Assembly: GCA_964508365.1 (NCBI GenBank)
Contig: CAZDTP010000006.1
Coordinates: 32,001 to 96,000 of the forward strand
Length of the DNA: 64,000 nucleotides
DNA from: an uncultured archaeon
GTDB taxonomy: Archaea > Asgardarchaeota > Lokiarchaeia > Sigyniarchaeales > SOKP01
Reading direction: 5' to 3'
In this document: positions 60,413 through 64,000 of the stretch, in pieces
How the letters are laid out: every line of letters begins with the position of its first letter
Numbering within the stretch: the stretch's first letter is position 1
Made by a program: the position numbers and the translations under genes
The notes under the pieces: generated by a model
What the model was told of the DNA's origin: nothing
The model's database searches: none
What the model saw: the letters and a program-made list of their open reading frames with translations, nothing else

Positions 60413-60814
60413 TCACCTCACACTTTTTACGATATCCATTTTTATTTAATTCTAATATGTTTTTGATATGAATTAATGTTTATTAATTTTTTCGATATTA
60501 TTTATCAATTGTTTCGATAAGCATCTAAATTCAATTTTAAGATACATATTACACCCATGTTATATCTCCTTTAATTTACAATTTGGCTTTGAGATTAACT
60601 AAGAATCTCTTAAGTAAATTTATGTTATGTTTTATTTCCGGTTAAAACAAAAAAAAATTAAAGATTTCTTCTATCAAAAGAGAAATTCTTTAGGTGTTAC
60701 AAATAATTTTATGAAATGGTACTTAAAAGAGTGGAAGCGAATAAATTTTCACAATACTAAAAGTTCGGAAAATTAATTCTCAATTAAAATAAAAAACAGG
60801 ATAAGCTATTCGAT

Positions 60815-60829
60815 GCCGTTGTGCAACGG
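60815..60829. repeat. palindromic 15-bp repeat, copy 2
   Basis: GCCGTTGTGCAACGG, identical to 59315-59329. Confidence 0.8.
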
Positions 60830-60876
60830 AATAAGCAATTTTTATTATCTGCCTAGATAAATAATTGAATAAAATA

Positions 60877-63786
60877 TTAAGGTAAAAGGAGACTAATTTT
60901 TTTCGTAATTTTATGAGTGATGTCGAAGGGATCTTTATAATAAATATTAAGATTTACTTCATCAACTGATGGATCTGTTAAATTCTTTTCGATATTATGT
61001 TTTAATTTTAAGACATAATTAAACTTAAAAACATTTCCAGGTTTCAATTCATTGAGATAAAGATATTTAGGAAAGCTTTCGCTTCGAAGAAAAGTTAAAT
61101 AACCAGGGGTCTTAAGAGATATTTGTAAATCTGAAAAAAGTAAATTTGTAGGATTATTCAATTTAAAGTTAAAATAGAGCTTATTTCCAATTGTTTTTAG
61201 ATTCTTAAATAAAAGAATATCTCTCGGTTCAACAATATCTTCTATTTTTGGTGAATAGAGATCATCTTTTATAATTCGTGCATTAAGTTTATTCTTATTT
61301 ACAAATTTTACAATCTTTTCTTTCAAGACATTAATATCAGTGTCAATATAAGATGCGAGACTTTCTAATTTAATAGGATTCATAACATCAAGATAATATT
61401 TTATTTGACTCAGAGTAAGTTCATCATTACTCTTCTGATTGAAGTTTTTCAATTTGTTTATAAGAACTTCTTTAAACGAGACAAATTTAGTTACGGTTGG
61501 TCTTGCCCACAGGTTAAAAATATCATTTTCCTCAGTGAGTTTCCCTATAATATTGTCAATCTGATTCTCGTATTCCACAATAAAATTTTGAATTTGGTTA
61601 GTATTCATTTCTATAAGTTTTCTTGCATCAGAAAACTCACATTTTTTTAATAAAGTATCCAACTTAATTTTTAAACCATCAAAATTGTTATTGAACTTTT
61701 TTAATCCTTCAATACTTTGCGAAATTATTGATTGAATATGACCTTGAAATAATACAGAGGAGAGGAGATTTAATTTTTGTTCTTCAGGATTTCCATTAGA
61801 TTCCTGAATTTCTATTAGAATTCTATCTTTCAAGCTTTTAATTTTTCGATCTAAATCGCTTAGAAATTCTTGTAGTTCTATTTTCACTCCAACCCATTTG
61901 CTTAGCATAGACTTAAAAATTTCGTTAAATTCAACATTATGTACCAAAATTTCTCGAATATCGTCATCCAATTTAAACATATAATTTCTAAACTGTGTTA
62001 TTTGGGTAAACTTCTCTTCAAGATCCGAATTTCCTATATTTTCTAAGATTAGTCCATCTAGTTTTTCCAAAAATTTAGAATCCCTAGCGTATTCATATTG
62101 GGCTTTTAAAATATTTATACGATCTTCTAATAGCTTAATCTTCGACTTTAAATTTGTTGTAAATTCCTCTTTTTTTTCTTCAAAGACCTCGGAGATGAAT
62201 CCTTTAATAATACTTAGTTCATCAATTATTGTTACTTTGGTTTCTTCCCAGTCTTCAATTAAATTGAACGCAAGCCTTTTGTACTCGAACTTGTTTAATC
62301 TTTTATTAAATTTCTTAATTTTATTTAAAATTTTACGATAGATTTTATCTAATTCTATTTCAGTTTGTCGGAATTTGAATTCTTTTATGTAGGAATTCAT
62401 TTTTTCACGGAATTCGGCGGGAATTTTCTGAAATTCCCGAATTTTTTTTTGAAACACATCTAAATCTTCATTAACTTCTTGAATTGTTTCGTCAATATTC
62501 TGAAATGTCGTTTTAATGTTTTTTATTGTATTAAGAATTTCCTCACTTACATCCGGATCATTTTCTGTTTTTAAATTTTTCTCCAGCTCGATAAAAATCC
62601 AGACTGCTATTTTCTTACTTTCCAAAATATAGCAGATATTTCGTAATAGGATTATCGTTTTTTTTCGCTCTCGCCAGTACTTTGATTCTAAAGTATAAAG
62701 TATTTTTGTAATCTCGTTTTCTATTTCCACTAAATATTCTTCGTATAGCCGTTTAAAAACAAGCGAAATCCCATCCCGAACATTTTCTGATGGATTTTCA
62801 AACTCCTCAAAGATATAACTAAAAATTTGCATTATATTGTTTTGACATAAATGGTATAGAGCGTTTATAACTACATTTCTAAACTCAGAATTTCCAGTAC
62901 AGAGCGCGGTTATTAAATTAGCCCAAATTTGATCAAAATTATTCTCCGCTATTGTTACTAACGAATCAATTACTTTTAATTGAATTCGATAATTATTTTC
63001 TTTTAAAAGATTAATAAGTTTAGGGATAATAGGGATGATTTCCGATGATTTTTCTTTTCCTATTTCTCCGAAAAGCCATATGATCAACTCCTTTACTCGC
63101 GATTTTTCGTTATAAAGTAGATTAAGTAGGACATAGGTGATTTTTTCTTTCGAAAGAAAATAGGTGCCAAGTATTTTTAACAGTTCTGCCGCTGATCTGG
63201 CAACATCATCATCTTCGTCTCTCAGATTTACTATAATAATCGAAAGCAAAGGTTCGAATTCTCGAATCTTTGTATAATCCTGGTTTAAAATTTTTTTCAG
63301 CGTTTTAATTACTTGAAGTTTAACTTTCCAATCAGAATCCATTAATTTCTCAGTAAATTCTTCAATAATGTTTTGTAGTTGCTCCCTATCGATATGTAAA
63401 GAAAGAATTAAATTTCCCATAATTTTTACTGCTAAGCGTCGAATTGAGGATTCTTGGTCAAATAAACGTGATCGAATCTTATCGATAAGATCAATCAGTA
63501 GATTCGGTCGATACATAGTTATTTGGTATAGTATTTCTAAAGACACTAATCTAACCCAAGAATTAATGTCGTTTATCAAGTTGCTTAAATTTCTAACTGT
63601 TCTTAAGGAAATTGCCGGAGATTTGTCACATATTTTATTTAATAATGTTAAGCTGTCATAGATTAGTTCTTTGTTAGAAGTTGCAGAATTTTCAATTACT
63701 TCAAATAACTCATCAGCTGCTTTTTCATAGCTACCACTTAAAATTAGATCTTCAACCTTTTTTACATCTAAGGTCAGAATAGTCAA
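60877..63786 (-). CDS. HEAT-repeat protein with coiled coil, PCI-like winged helix and C-terminal beta-sandwich
   Basis: HEAT units (LINDINSWVRLVS, LMDSDWKVKLQV, LRDEDDDVARSA), then a coiled coil, PIKLESLASYI..I..LKEKIVKFV.KNKLNARI, and a beta-rich tail. Confidence 0.8.
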   Translation of the reverse strand: MTILTLDVKKVEDLILSGSYEKAADELFEVIENSATSNKELIYDSLTLLNKICDKSPAISLRTVRNLSNLINDINSWVRLVSLEILYQITMYRPNLLIDLIDKIRSRLFDQESSIRRLAVKIMGNLILSLHIDREQLQNIIEEFTEKLMDSDWKVKLQVIKTLKKILNQDYTKIREFEPLLSIIIVNLRDEDDDVARSAAELLKILGTYFLSKEKITYVLLNLLYNEKSRVKELIIWLFGEIGKEKSSEIIPIIPKLINLLKENNYRIQLKVIDSLVTIAENNFDQIWANLITALCTGNSEFRNVVINALYHLCQNNIMQIFSYIFEEFENPSENVRDGISLVFKRLYEEYLVEIENEITKILYTLESKYWRERKKTIILLRNICYILESKKIAVWIFIELEKNLKTENDPDVSEEILNTIKNIKTTFQNIDETIQEVNEDLDVFQKKIREFQKIPAEFREKMNSYIKEFKFRQTEIELDKIYRKILNKIKKFNKRLNKFEYKRLAFNLIEDWEETKVTIIDELSIIKGFISEVFEEKKEEFTTNLKSKIKLLEDRINILKAQYEYARDSKFLEKLDGLILENIGNSDLEEKFTQITQFRNYMFKLDDDIREILVHNVEFNEIFKSMLSKWVGVKIELQEFLSDLDRKIKSLKDRILIEIQESNGNPEEQKLNLLSSVLFQGHIQSIISQSIEGLKKFNNNFDGLKIKLDTLLKKCEFSDARKLIEMNTNQIQNFIVEYENQIDNIIGKLTEENDIFNLWARPTVTKFVSFKEVLINKLKNFNQKSNDELTLSQIKYYLDVMNPIKLESLASYIDTDINVLKEKIVKFVNKNKLNARIIKDDLYSPKIEDIVEPRDILLFKNLKTIGNKLYFNFKLNNPTNLLFSDLQISLKTPGYLTFLRSESFPKYLYLNELKPGNVFKFNYVLKLKHNIEKNLTDPSVDEVNLNIYYKDPFDITHKITKKISLLLP

Positions 63787-64000
63787 GAGCCTACCAGATT
63801 ATAATTCTATTATTAAACCAATTATTCTTTTGATGTTAATCTTTAAAAATGTTTTTCAATAAAAACAATAAAATTAGGTTTTTTAAAATTATTGAAGGAA
63901 AAAAATTGAATAAGAAAAAGAAAAAACAAACTTGAAATCATTCTTTTATGTCTACACTGGTTATTTTTGCTTGGGTTACTTTTAAATCTAAAAAAAGATT

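Noticed and set aside
60711-60776. 21-codon ORF MKWYLKEWKRINFHNTKSSEN upstream of selD
   Set aside because: It is too short, on the opposite strand to its neighbours, and has no supporting signal.
94-63661. Many 60-127 aa ORFs antisense to or nested in long genes (e.g. 1347-1574, 3157-3540, 6452-6739, 11993-12223, 40500-40880, 54163-54531, 59442-60248)
   Set aside because: They lie fully inside well-supported genes on the other strand or frame and show no motifs.

Overview
AT-rich archaeal chromosome segment, most consistent with a Lokiarchaeota/Promethearchaeota (Asgard) genome. This is inferred from Rab-like GTPases, a Uba3-like E1, a UBC-fold E2, a Loki-CTERM-type anchor, S30e, a GPN GTPase and intron-containing tRNAs. 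The window holds about 60 protein genes, two tRNAs with non-canonical introns (Tyr with two introns; Trp with a D-loop intron) and one pseudogene. No rRNA or CRISPR array was seen. Two features are missed by the ORF track. First, selD has an in-frame UGA (GUSCK) and a eukaryote-like 3' SECIS hairpin. Second, a 59-codon single-TM ORF (34569-34748, minus strand) has an in-frame UGA after GGG, its own TATA box and a second AUGA...GA SECIS-like hairpin just past its stop; this candidate new small membrane selenoprotein is the top finding. Other notable items are a 772-bp transposase-less cargo element with TIR/TSD-like ends, a split PEP-synthase-type phosphotransferase cluster, a 1641-aa periodic MIT/TPR-rod protein beside the E1/E2 genes, a degenerate Rab-like protein and a HEAT-PCI-Ig-like protein. 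All family calls come from motif recognition by eye; no database searches were run.
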